Shown here: positions 39,974 through 47,989 of the stretch, in pieces | Layout: each line of letters starts with the position of its first letter | Numbering within the stretch: position 1 is the stretch's first letter | Source of the DNA: Pseudobacteriovorax antillogorgiicola | Lineage (GTDB): Bacteria; Bdellovibrionota_B; Oligoflexia; Oligoflexales; RGVZ01 | Length of the DNA stretch: 64,000 bases | NCBI GenBank assembly: GCA_945865565.1 | Contig: CAMBEK010000001.1 | Coordinates: 329,201 to 393,200 of the forward strand | Direction: 5' to 3' | Made by a program: the position numbers and the translations under genes | The notes under the pieces: generated by a model | The model's database searches: none | Seen by the model: the letters and a program-made list of their open reading frames with translations, nothing else | Told to the model about the DNA's origin: nothing

Positions 39974-40972
39974 ATGTTGGACCAAAAAACCGTTAATCTT
40001 GAAACTGATTTTACCCGCGATGCAAAGATAGCCTACCCGATTATTTGCGGAGCCATGTACCCCTGCAGCAATCCAGAGCTCGTTGCAGCCGCTTCCGAGG
40101 CGGGTGGAATCGGTATTATCCAACCGATATCATTGGTTTATGTGCACGGATGGGATTTTCGCGAAGGCGTCCGCCACATCCGTTCCTTGACCTCGAAACC
40201 CGTCGGGTTCAACCTTCTGATCGAAAAATCGTCCAAGCGCTATGAAGACCGGATGAAGGCCTGGTTGGATATCGCCCTAGAAGAAGGTGTTCGTTTTTTC
40301 ATCACCGCCCTTGGCAATCCACGCTGGGTGGTTGACCGGGTGAAGCCCTTGGGTGGAGTCGTCTACCACGATGTCGTCAACCGGAAGTGGGCCGAGAAGG
40401 CCCTCGAGGGCGGAATCGACGGGCTCATCTGTGTGAACGATCGCGCCGGTGGGCACCTGGGCGCGGAAAGTCCCGAACGGCTCGTGGAGACGCTTCGTGA
40501 TTTCGGCAAGCCCCTGATCTGTGCAGGAGGCATTGGCAACGAACAGGACTTCGCCAGGGCCCTTAAAATGGGTTACGCCGGGGTTCAGATGGGGACCCGG
40601 TTCATTGCTGTGACCGAATGCAAGACCCACCAGGACTACAAAGACGCGATTCTGAAGGCGACTTCCGCCGACATTGTGGCCACCGACAAGATCAGCGGCG
40701 TGCCAGTATCGGTCATCAATACGCCCTTTATCGCTCGTATGGGCCTTCGTGCTGGTCCGGTTGCGCGGTGGTTGCTCAAAAACTCGCGCACCAAGCACTG
40801 GATGCGCATGTTTTACACGTTGAAGTCGATCTGGCAGCTGAAGCGTTCTCTGCAAAAAGGTTCGGCCTACAAGGACTTTTGGCAGGCAGGAAAAAGCGTC
40901 GACGGCATCGATAAAATCGAGACTGCCGGCGCCATCATTGCGCGGTTCGTGGAGTTTGCAAAAAAGGGGTAG
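39974..40972 (+). CDS. Nitronate monooxygenase / FabK-like flavin oxidoreductase
   Basis: PII.GAM, LVAAASEAGGIG, AGGH, AGGIG, GVQMGTRF. Confidence 0.85.
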   Translation: MLDQKTVNLETDFTRDAKIAYPIICGAMYPCSNPELVAAASEAGGIGIIQPISLVYVHGWDFREGVRHIRSLTSKPVGFNLLIEKSSKRYEDRMKAWLDIALEEGVRFFITALGNPRWVVDRVKPLGGVVYHDVVNRKWAEKALEGGIDGLICVNDRAGGHLGAESPERLVETLRDFGKPLICAGGIGNEQDFARALKMGYAGVQMGTRFIAVTECKTHQDYKDAILKATSADIVATDKISGVPVSVINTPFIARMGLRAGPVARWLLKNSRTKHWMRMFYTLKSIWQLKRSLQKGSAYKDFWQAGKSVDGIDKIETAGAIIARFVEFAKKG

Positions 40973-41026
40973 ATGGTTTTGGGCCTAACCCCGACGAATG
41001 CGGCGCAAAGTCACGCCCAATGAACT

Positions 41027-43240
41027 TCAGCGTGATTTGTTCATCAGGGATTCAAGGCGATTGCCTGCCGCACGGCAGCGCAGCATTTGTTCGACCTTTT
41101 CAACAATGACGCTGCCGGCTTCGACCGCCGGAGTTCCCGCCTCGTAGATGTTTGACAGGACGGAATATTCGAACTGTATGTCAACGTTACCGCTAAACTT
41201 GGCCGCCTGAAGCTGATCGTCTTTATCAAGCAGATGATAAACCAGATAGGCAGACAAACTTCGTGAGGCAAGGGCGCTTCCGCCGGGCCTTTCCCCAATT
41301 AAAAGGATCACACAACGCGCGCCGAGAGCCTTGGCAATGGGCTCAGCTAGTTTCACCCGGCCGTATGGCGCAAGGATATGCCGGCCGAGCTTAAAGCCAT
41401 GGGCCTTCAAACCTGAAAGGAGTACGGGGAAAATGTCCTCGAGATTGTGATGCACCGCATCGGCGCTGAGTCCATCGGAAACGACAATTTGAATATCGGT
41501 ATGTTCTGGAGTCAACTGCACTGCATTTTCGCTGTCGATGGCAAGTCCCGGTTCGGCACCGAAATCCGGATGATTCAGATGACTAGCCTTGTCGAGGGCT
41601 TTGGTTTTTACGATGCGAAAGTCAGCGACGCTGCTTAAACGGGCGAGATCGAGTTCGCTTTGAATGGCCTCGCGTCCGACAGCTTGATGCCGACGAATTT
41701 CCCGAGTTATGTCATTCGTCGGTCGCGGCCCCGCATGGTCCTTGGGTAGAAAGCCGGGAACGCTCGGTGTTACCCGAAGTAGATCGTCGAGTTCTGCGTT
41801 TGATTGACAGAACATGCGCGGGTTACCCCAGTTTTCGCCGCGCACGAGATGGCCATCGGCATTACGCCGGAAGATTCCGCGATCCAACGCCCAAACAAGA
41901 TAGTCGGGAGCAGGCTCCTTGTCGTAAATTTCGCGCAGGGTCTGGTTGTCGTGACCGCTCGTATCAAAATAGGCGAGCATGCGGTCCGTATTCAAACAAA
42001 CGTCCATGAAAAAATTGGCGCCCGCTGCGGTCAGCATTTCAGTTGCCATCTGCTGGCCTTCGAGTCCGATTTTAGAATGGAGCGTGTAGCAGGGAGCCAT
42101 TCCCATCGGCAGCCCAAGAAGCTTGCCCATGAAATGATCCTGCAGGTTGGCGGCGATCATTTCGAAGTTATCAAGGTGTGTTTCTGGTCCGATGAATCCA
42201 GTTACATTGTTGACCATGAAGGGATCGTAGCGCCGAGCAAGTCCGTAACACAGCGCTTCGGCGGTTGTCATGTCCATGCCGTTGTGTTTTCCGTAAGTAA
42301 ATTCGCTGCCTTGCCCCGTCTCAAGATACATGAATTGCTTGGCCTCGGACCCCAAGGCACCTTTTTTCTGCATGGCCCCCCACGCGAGATCCAGCAGTTC
42401 CACCGAGATGTCAAATTCGGTGAGATTACTGCGTTCCGTTCCAGCAAGGCTTTGAAACATGATTTCAACCGGCGCGCCGCGTTCCAAACATGCCATCTGT
42501 GTTTTTAAATGCCCGAGCACGCAAATCTGTGTCGGTGCCTTTGTATGGCGGCGGATCTTGTCCAGATGAACGAGAATGGCAGAAATATTTTCGACGGTAT
42601 CAACGGCCGGGTTGACCCCAATCAGGGCGTCCCCAGAGCCTACCGAAAGACCCAAGTAAGTCAGGCAGGTGATCCCGCGCAAATCATCGGTTGGGTGATT
42701 GGGTTGCAGGCGCGAGGCCAAGGTCTTGCGAAGCCCAATCCGGGTGCGTGCCTTGGTGATGTGTTCAATTTTTCGCGCAACGTAAATCAACTCATGGATG
42801 TCCATGATTTTTGCCAAGGCGGCAGCCATAACGCCGGTCAAGCCGCGGCCAATGCGTTTAATCGCAGCACCCTCGCTGCGAAGCAGGAGGTTTTTAACGT
42901 CACCAATACTAAGGGCCGCAATTTCGGCAAAGGCATCAGGGTCGATGGCGTAGTTGACCCGCATGACCGAATCGACCAGACCCGCATCGTCGGTCAACGG
43001 GCGATCAAAAAGATGTTGCACGGTCAATGAGGACAAAATGGTGCGCGCCGCCTCGCGTTCGACCTCCGATGGCGCCGCCAGTCCGGCATTGCGATCTCCG
43101 GCCTTGCTGATGTCGGCAGCACCGAGAAGTTTTTTGAGTCCAAGAAAGCTGTGCTCCAAACCGTTGAAGTTCAAACGATACCATTCGTCTGGTTTCGGCG
43201 TTGGAACCTGAATTTCCGCAAGGGGCGTCAATTTTATCAT
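41027..43240 (-). CDS. eutBC: Fused ethanolamine ammonia-lyase-like protein, EutB (large) plus EutC (small) in one ORF
   Basis: EutB motifs SRLQPNHPTDD, GDALIGVNP, YLETGQGS, GFIGPE, DHFMGKL; EutC motifs VVSDGLS, GRV, LIGERPG, SLSAY, SNI..GTP..EA; no stop between them. Confidence 0.9.
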   Translation of the reverse strand: MIKLTPLAEIQVPTPKPDEWYRLNFNGLEHSFLGLKKLLGAADISKAGDRNAGLAAPSEVEREAARTILSSLTVQHLFDRPLTDDAGLVDSVMRVNYAIDPDAFAEIAALSIGDVKNLLLRSEGAAIKRIGRGLTGVMAAALAKIMDIHELIYVARKIEHITKARTRIGLRKTLASRLQPNHPTDDLRGITCLTYLGLSVGSGDALIGVNPAVDTVENISAILVHLDKIRRHTKAPTQICVLGHLKTQMACLERGAPVEIMFQSLAGTERSNLTEFDISVELLDLAWGAMQKKGALGSEAKQFMYLETGQGSEFTYGKHNGMDMTTAEALCYGLARRYDPFMVNNVTGFIGPETHLDNFEMIAANLQDHFMGKLLGLPMGMAPCYTLHSKIGLEGQQMATEMLTAAGANFFMDVCLNTDRMLAYFDTSGHDNQTLREIYDKEPAPDYLVWALDRGIFRRNADGHLVRGENWGNPRMFCQSNAELDDLLRVTPSVPGFLPKDHAGPRPTNDITREIRRHQAVGREAIQSELDLARLSSVADFRIVKTKALDKASHLNHPDFGAEPGLAIDSENAVQLTPEHTDIQIVVSDGLSADAVHHNLEDIFPVLLSGLKAHGFKLGRHILAPYGRVKLAEPIAKALGARCVILLIGERPGGSALASRSLSAYLVYHLLDKDDQLQAAKFSGNVDIQFEYSVLSNIYEAGTPAVEAGSVIVEKVEQMLRCRAAGNRLESLMNKSR

Positions 43241-43250
43241 GAATGATTTC

Positions 43251-44669
43251 CTACATTCCGTAAAAGGAGACCGGAATAATCTGATGGGTGATCCTGCCGA
43301 TGTTGACGAAGTTTGCGGCGCGCAGAGAAACTTCATCGATAACAACGAGACGGAATGGGTCGCGCCCCCAGGAGGTGATGAGTGCACCTAGGGATTTGCC
43401 GACATTTCCATTTAACAATAGCACTAGGGTCCTGTCGCGAGGATAGCCCGAATTCCGAAGTGCATTTGTAATAACTGTGCTGAACCTTTGAACCTCTTCA
43501 GCACCAGTTATCTTGCCATCGACTTGAATGGCGCAGCCGATGCTTGATTTTGCCGCAAGTTCCAGAAGTTTGATGATGGAGGCAGCGGTCGTGTCCGGAG
43601 AAATCCGCCCGACCACAGGTAAGTCCCTGAGGGGCAGGATTGATTCGTCTGGAAGGTAAACCGTAGTCCCGGAGACTTCGGTGTTGTAAAGGGCCAACCC
43701 AAAGGCAGTGGCCCGGCCCATGTTTTTTGGGACATGGTTTTTTAGCGAGGATGAAATCCAGTCGTCCGCAACGAGCTTAAGCGCCAAATCCCAACCCAGA
43801 TCGCCAAAGGGTGTGACTGCAGCAGGTGATTCGCCTGCCATCGCCCGGTAAACCAGCTCACCGACACCACCCGAGACTGTGATGGTCACTGCCGCTTGGT
43901 TTGCCGTATTGAACAGATCAGGGGGCAGCGAAAAAGGGACCTGTTCGTGGAGTGCCTCGCAATCATTGCGATCAAGGGATTTTCCTGCGAGCGTCTGGTG
44001 GATCAGAGCCAGATAAAAATCAACGATGCTGTCGACCTCTGGCCTTGAAAGGCTGTCGCCAATACTTTTTGCCAATCCAAGATGGGAAAAAAGATGCTTC
44101 GCATAGGGTGACAGGGCCTCGATCCGGTAGGTGCCTGGCGTCACTCGCACATGGCGCGCACCGACAAATAAACAACCCGTACCGCGAACTTCGCCGTTCA
44201 CGCCAAAAGCCATGTTGGTGGTGCCACCGCCAATGTCCAGGTTGATGATGGCCTGGTCAGTAAGCTCTCGGGACAATTCTCGTGCACTTCCCATAAATGC
44301 CAGCCAGGATTCAAGAGATGGATCGTTGGCCGTTGCAACCACCGCATCGCCAATGCGTGCGCGAATCAGGGATGCAATCGCACTGGCATTTTCTTTTTGG
44401 GCTGCAAGGCCAGTGATAATGGCGCCTCCGGCCGAGGCATCTTCTGGGTGGATGTTCGCGGCCACGAGCCAGGCGTCGATGTACCCGGCAAGTGCGGCTT
44501 CATCGATGCGGTCGCCAACGTAGGGTGTGTATCTTGGTTCAGCGGCAAAAAACACTACGGGCGAGGCATATTCCATCACGCCCGTGATCCCATTCTTTAC
44601 GACCTTTGCGCGCGCAAACACGGCGCTGCTCGTGGTCGTTCCGAAATCGAATCCTGCCATGATGATCAT
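43251..44669 (-). CDS. eutA: Ethanolamine ammonia-lyase reactivating factor EutA
   Basis: GFDFGTTT, GAIITG.AAQKENA, V.ATA.P.LES, NLDIGGGTTN, CLFVGAR, SGGV, FGDLG, RAT, IDE. Confidence 0.9.
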   Translation of the reverse strand: MIIMAGFDFGTTTSSAVFARAKVVKNGITGVMEYASPVVFFAAEPRYTPYVGDRIDEAALAGYIDAWLVAANIHPEDASAGGAIITGLAAQKENASAIASLIRARIGDAVVATANDPSLESWLAFMGSARELSRELTDQAIINLDIGGGTTNMAFGVNGEVRGTGCLFVGARHVRVTPGTYRIEALSPYAKHLFSHLGLAKSIGDSLSRPEVDSIVDFYLALIHQTLAGKSLDRNDCEALHEQVPFSLPPDLFNTANQAAVTITVSGGVGELVYRAMAGESPAAVTPFGDLGWDLALKLVADDWISSSLKNHVPKNMGRATAFGLALYNTEVSGTTVYLPDESILPLRDLPVVGRISPDTTAASIIKLLELAAKSSIGCAIQVDGKITGAEEVQRFSTVITNALRNSGYPRDRTLVLLLNGNVGKSLGALITSWGRDPFRLVVIDEVSLRAANFVNIGRITHQIIPVSFYGM

Positions 44670-44675
44670 TGGTGC

Positions 44676-45494
44676 TCAGGCCTTTGGCGGTTCATGGTCA
44701 GCGACGGTAGAGGTGTCGTTCGGATTGAGGTTGGGATCATCTAGGCTTGTTTCAGTCAGCGCCTCGTCAATGGTCCGGCGCTGGTCGAAGACAAAGCAAC
44801 TGCCCTGGTAGAGGGACTTGCCACTTGGTGTCCCATCCGCATTTTTGTGATGCTTAAGGTATTTGATGATGCCGCCATCGATTTGGAACACGTTTTTGAA
44901 ACCGCGGGCGTTTGCCCAAGGGACCGCCTTTTCGCAGCGGATTCCGCCGGTGCAGAAAAAAACGTAAGTCTGGTCTTGATCTTCGCCAAAGCGGTTTAGA
45001 AAAGCCTCGGGGAAATCCTTGAAGCGCTTGAGACCCAGGTCAACAGCCCCTTCGAAGTGGCCGCATTCGTATTCGTAGTCGTTGCGGGTATCGACCAAGA
45101 CCACGTTTTTGCCTTTCTCGGTCATGAAAAGATCAAATTCGGCAGGGCTCAGGCGTGGGGCTGCGAGAATCTCGTTGATGTCCGGGTCGTCTTCGCCAGC
45201 GAACGTCACCACTGATTTTTTTACTTTAACTTCCAGCCACTTGTAGGGAAGGCTTGTGCCCGTGGTCCATTTTGCTTCGAGGTTGCTCAAGCCGGGGTGG
45301 ATCACCCCCAAGGAGGTAATAAATTTGGCCAGGGATTCGGGGCAGGTGCCAGCCAAGCCAGCGTTGATGCCTTCATGACCGAGCAAAACGGTGCCACTCA
45401 GGCCAAGGGCACTGGCTCCTGCTTCAATAGCAGCTTTGACCTCCGCCGGGTTTTCCAGGCGGACAAACCGGTAAAAATTGGCGATGGTAATCAT
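44676..45494 (-). CDS. trhO: TrhO/UPF0176 rhodanese-domain protein (tRNA U34 hydroxylase-like)
   Basis: FYRF, G.VLL..EGIN, DTRNDYE...GHF.GA, CTGGIRCEKA, GGIIKY, G.CFVFD.R. Confidence 0.8.
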   Translation of the reverse strand: MITIANFYRFVRLENPAEVKAAIEAGASALGLSGTVLLGHEGINAGLAGTCPESLAKFITSLGVIHPGLSNLEAKWTTGTSLPYKWLEVKVKKSVVTFAGEDDPDINEILAAPRLSPAEFDLFMTEKGKNVVLVDTRNDYEYECGHFEGAVDLGLKRFKDFPEAFLNRFGEDQDQTYVFFCTGGIRCEKAVPWANARGFKNVFQIDGGIIKYLKHHKNADGTPSGKSLYQGSCFVFDQRRTIDEALTETSLDDPNLNPNDTSTVADHEPPKA

Positions 45495-45495
45495 G

Positions 45496-45545
45496 GGCTG
45501 AGTCCCCCTTCCGAGGCCATTCGGGGGGAAAACTCCCCGTCAGCC
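45496..45545 (-). promoter_or_regulatory. Structured 5' leader overlapping the RBS of the trhO-eutA-eutBC run
   Basis: mRNA GGCUGA-C-GGGGA-GUUU-UCCCC-CCGA-AUGGCC-UCGG-AAGGGGGAC-UCAGCC-C-AUG can form alternative stems. Confidence 0.35.
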
Positions 45546-45665
45546 GCCACATACCGCGGTTGCGCCAATAGTTCTAGTCCGTTATGACATGAGAGTCGTC
45601 GTTCGCGCCCCGCCATCGAATATGGGGCGGGGGCTGAGTCCACACCGCTGTTGCAGGAGTCCCTT

Positions 45666-46376
45666 GTGAATCTGTCGATTTTCGGAAACGTCGGAATTTA
45701 CTATCTGGTCAAATGGTTCCATTTCATTTTCGGGATCATTTGGATCGGTCATCTTTACTACTTTAATTTCACCCAGATGCCGTCTTTTGCCGAGATGGAT
45801 GGGCCGACCAAGTCCAACAACATTCAAAAGCTCGTGCCCCGTGCCCTCTGGTGGTTTCGTTGGGGCGCCATGTTTACCTTTATTACCGGCGTGATCATGC
45901 TCGGCATGTACGGCCACATGAACGGCCACGAGGTTTACAAGACGTCTTGGGGCGTAAACATCATGACCGGATCGGCCTTGGGCACCCTGATGTTCCTGAA
46001 TGTCTGGCTGGTGATCTGGCCCGCGCAGCAAGTCGTGATTGCTTCGACCACCGCCGTGGCCAAGGGGCAGCCGGCATTACCTGAGGCAGCCGCAGCCGGT
46101 GCTCGCGCCATGCTGGCATCACGCACGAACACCCTGTTTTCTATTCCAATGCTCTTTTTCATGGGTGCCGCATCGCATTTACCCCTTCAGGTCGGCCCTG
46201 ACGCAAGCCTCGGCTTGCTGACGTTGGTTTTGGCACTGGTTCTTGGCGCGATCGAATGGAATGCAGTCAAGGGCTCAAAGCTTGGCCCATTGGCAACAGT
46301 CAAGGGCGTGATTCATGTTGGTGTTGTTCTGACCGTGGTGTTGTACCTCCTGGTCGAGGTCATGGTGCGTGTCTGA
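45666..46376 (+). CDS. PuuD-like (Urate_ox_N family) integral membrane protein without a fused cytochrome c
   Basis: KWFH..GIIWIG.LYYFNF, ALWWFRWGA.FT..TG, NVWLVIWP.Q, ASRTN..FSIPMLFFM; AGGAG RBS before GTG 45666. Confidence 0.75.
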   Translation: MNLSIFGNVGIYYLVKWFHFIFGIIWIGHLYYFNFTQMPSFAEMDGPTKSNNIQKLVPRALWWFRWGAMFTFITGVIMLGMYGHMNGHEVYKTSWGVNIMTGSALGTLMFLNVWLVIWPAQQVVIASTTAVAKGQPALPEAAAAGARAMLASRTNTLFSIPMLFFMGAASHLPLQVGPDASLGLLTLVLALVLGAIEWNAVKGSKLGPLATVKGVIHVGVVLTVVLYLLVEVMVRV

Positions 46377-46749
46377 TCGCCGATTTATTTTAGCAGTTTT
46401 GACAGCGGTGGTTGGCCTTGCGGCTGGCTGCCGCTGTTCTTCGTCGAATCCGACTTCGGCATCTGTTTCGATTCCGCCTTCGAGCCCAAACTCGATTTCG
46501 ACTCTGATTTCCCGCGGAAAATCTGTTTACGCAGGAAATTGCATCGCCTGCCACAATCCAAATCCAAAATTGGCTGGAACCGTCGGCCCGGAAATTTATG
46601 GAAGTTCTATCGAGCTCCTCGAGGTAAAACTGGTAAAGGGGACCTACCCCGAGGGTTATAAACCCAAGCGCCCCGGTGCGGGGATGCCTGTTTTTCCACA
46701 TCTCGCCGGCGATATCGCGGCCCTTCACGCTTTCTTGAACGCGCCCTGA
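46369..46749 (+). CDS. Monoheme cytochrome c lipoprotein
   Basis: LAAGC lipobox, RGKSVY..NCIACH, distal MP; overlaps the upstream gene. Confidence 0.85.
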   Translation: MSDRRFILAVLTAVVGLAAGCRCSSSNPTSASVSIPPSSPNSISTLISRGKSVYAGNCIACHNPNPKLAGTVGPEIYGSSIELLEVKLVKGTYPEGYKPKRPGAGMPVFPHLAGDIAALHAFLNAP

Positions 46750-46783
46750 ATTCAACCTGTCTACTTACGATTCGGCGTAGCAG

Positions 46784-47989
46784 TTAGAGTAAAGCTGCAA
46801 GGTCGATCAGAACGCGCTCGCTCAGAAGCAGACGTGTTCTGTTTATTTGAAGCGCGTCGTTGGCGGCGGGAAGTTGGTCGGATGGATACGTCCGCTTGAT
46901 TGACTGGCTTTTGGACGTCAAGGTCATGGTTGGTACGCCGGCGTCGTGGCGCAGAAGGATATCAATGCAGTCTTTGGGAGAGGGGAGAGGATTCTTCGGC
47001 TGCGCCTCAGAATGACGGGGCTGCTCAGGATGACGGGGCTGCTCAGAATGACGGGGCTGAGCCTCACGAGGGAGGAATTCGGAAGTCAAAGAAAACGGAA
47101 TTCCCAGGGGGCGCAGCAATTCTGCAAGACGCCCGGCGAGGATGCCGGCCGTGATGGAGTCATGCAGCGTGATGTTCATGGCGGTGCGGTTTGTGCTTAA
47201 ATTGGCCTTCAGCGCCATCAGTGGGTCAGCGCCGCCGCGCGCAATGCAAACAGGATCGAGAGCCTTGTCGAGTCGATCTAAAAACGGCCGGGATTTTACT
47301 TCGTGGCCTTTTGGTACCCATACTTTCACATGAACGATTGGAGCCGAGGCGCGGTAGCCAAGCAGGAGTTGGCTGCCTTTCATGATGGTTTCCACTTGCT
47401 CGGCGAGGGTGGATTCGGGAACCCCAAGGCACGCCCAAGTGTGCAGTCCTGGTTTTCCACTTTCTAACGCGAGATCCTGGAATTCTTTTTGAAGGTGATC
47501 ATTCCAAATGCCCTGCAGTTCTCGCGGTGGTCCGGGAAGGACCGTAATCTGTGCGTTGCGGACGGTTAGGGAGAATCCGTTGGCAGAACCCTGCGAATTC
47601 AGAAGGATGCGCGAGCCTTGCGGGAAAAAGCATTGTTGACGGTTTGATTCTGGGGCCGCGCGCCCCATGTTCTGAAACCGTTCGGCAATCCGGTCCCACG
47701 ATGGCTGGTCAAAGAAAGTTTTTAACTCCGCCCATTCTGTGATGACGTCACGGGTAAAATCGTCCGTCGTTGGCCCGAGTCCGCCGATGGTCAAAATAAA
47801 ATTGGCGCGGGCCGTGGCAAAGTCGAGGGCATCCGAAATGGCCGTGCGTTCGTCGGGGACTGCCAGATGCAAGAGCACTTCAATGCCGCAGGCGTCGAGG
47901 TTCGCGGCAAGCCAGGAGGCGTTGGTGTTGAGGATCTCGCCGCTGGCGACTTCACTGCCAATGGCGATTATGGCTACCTTTGGTGTCAT
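46784..47989 (-). CDS. cinA: CinA-like protein: intact MoCF-type N-terminal domain, degenerate PncC C-terminal domain
   Basis: IGSEV..G.ILNTNA, GGLGPTTDDFTR, LPGPPREL, GVPES; C-terminal DSITAG replaces ESCTGG. Confidence 0.8.
   Translation of the reverse strand: MTPKVAIIAIGSEVASGEILNTNASWLAANLDACGIEVLLHLAVPDERTAISDALDFATARANFILTIGGLGPTTDDFTRDVITEWAELKTFFDQPSWDRIAERFQNMGRAAPESNRQQCFFPQGSRILLNSQGSANGFSLTVRNAQITVLPGPPRELQGIWNDHLQKEFQDLALESGKPGLHTWACLGVPESTLAEQVETIMKGSQLLLGYRASAPIVHVKVWVPKGHEVKSRPFLDRLDKALDPVCIARGGADPLMALKANLSTNRTAMNITLHDSITAGILAGRLAELLRPLGIPFSLTSEFLPREAQPRHSEQPRHPEQPRHSEAQPKNPLPSPKDCIDILLRHDAGVPTMTLTSKSQSIKRTYPSDQLPAANDALQINRTRLLLSERVLIDLAALL
46989..47059 (-). repeat. CGTC-tagged REP-like palindrome plus 3x18-bp tandem repeat, in frame within cinA
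   Basis: CTCAG(A/G)ATGACGGGGCTG at 47006, 47024 and 47042; minus strand CGTCATTCTGAGGCGCAGCCGAAGAATCC; encodes QPRHSE-QPRHPE-QPRHSE-AQPKNP. Confidence 0.8.

Noticed and set aside
43241-43387. N-terminal extension of EutBC in the ORF track (786 aa)
   Set aside because: It overlaps eutA; ATG 43240, with AGGA upstream, is the more plausible start.
45495-45641. 11-bp direct repeat GGGCTGAGTCC at 45495 and 45631
   Set aside because: Only two copies of a short GC-rich word with no mobile element between; could be chance.
45495-45665. Cobalamin riboswitch expected upstream of B12-dependent eut genes
   Set aside because: No B12-box or other conserved cobalamin riboswitch motifs seen on either strand.
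47006-47059. Tandem repeats considered as a mini-CRISPR
   Set aside because: 18-bp units with no spacers and no cas genes; they lie in frame inside a CDS.
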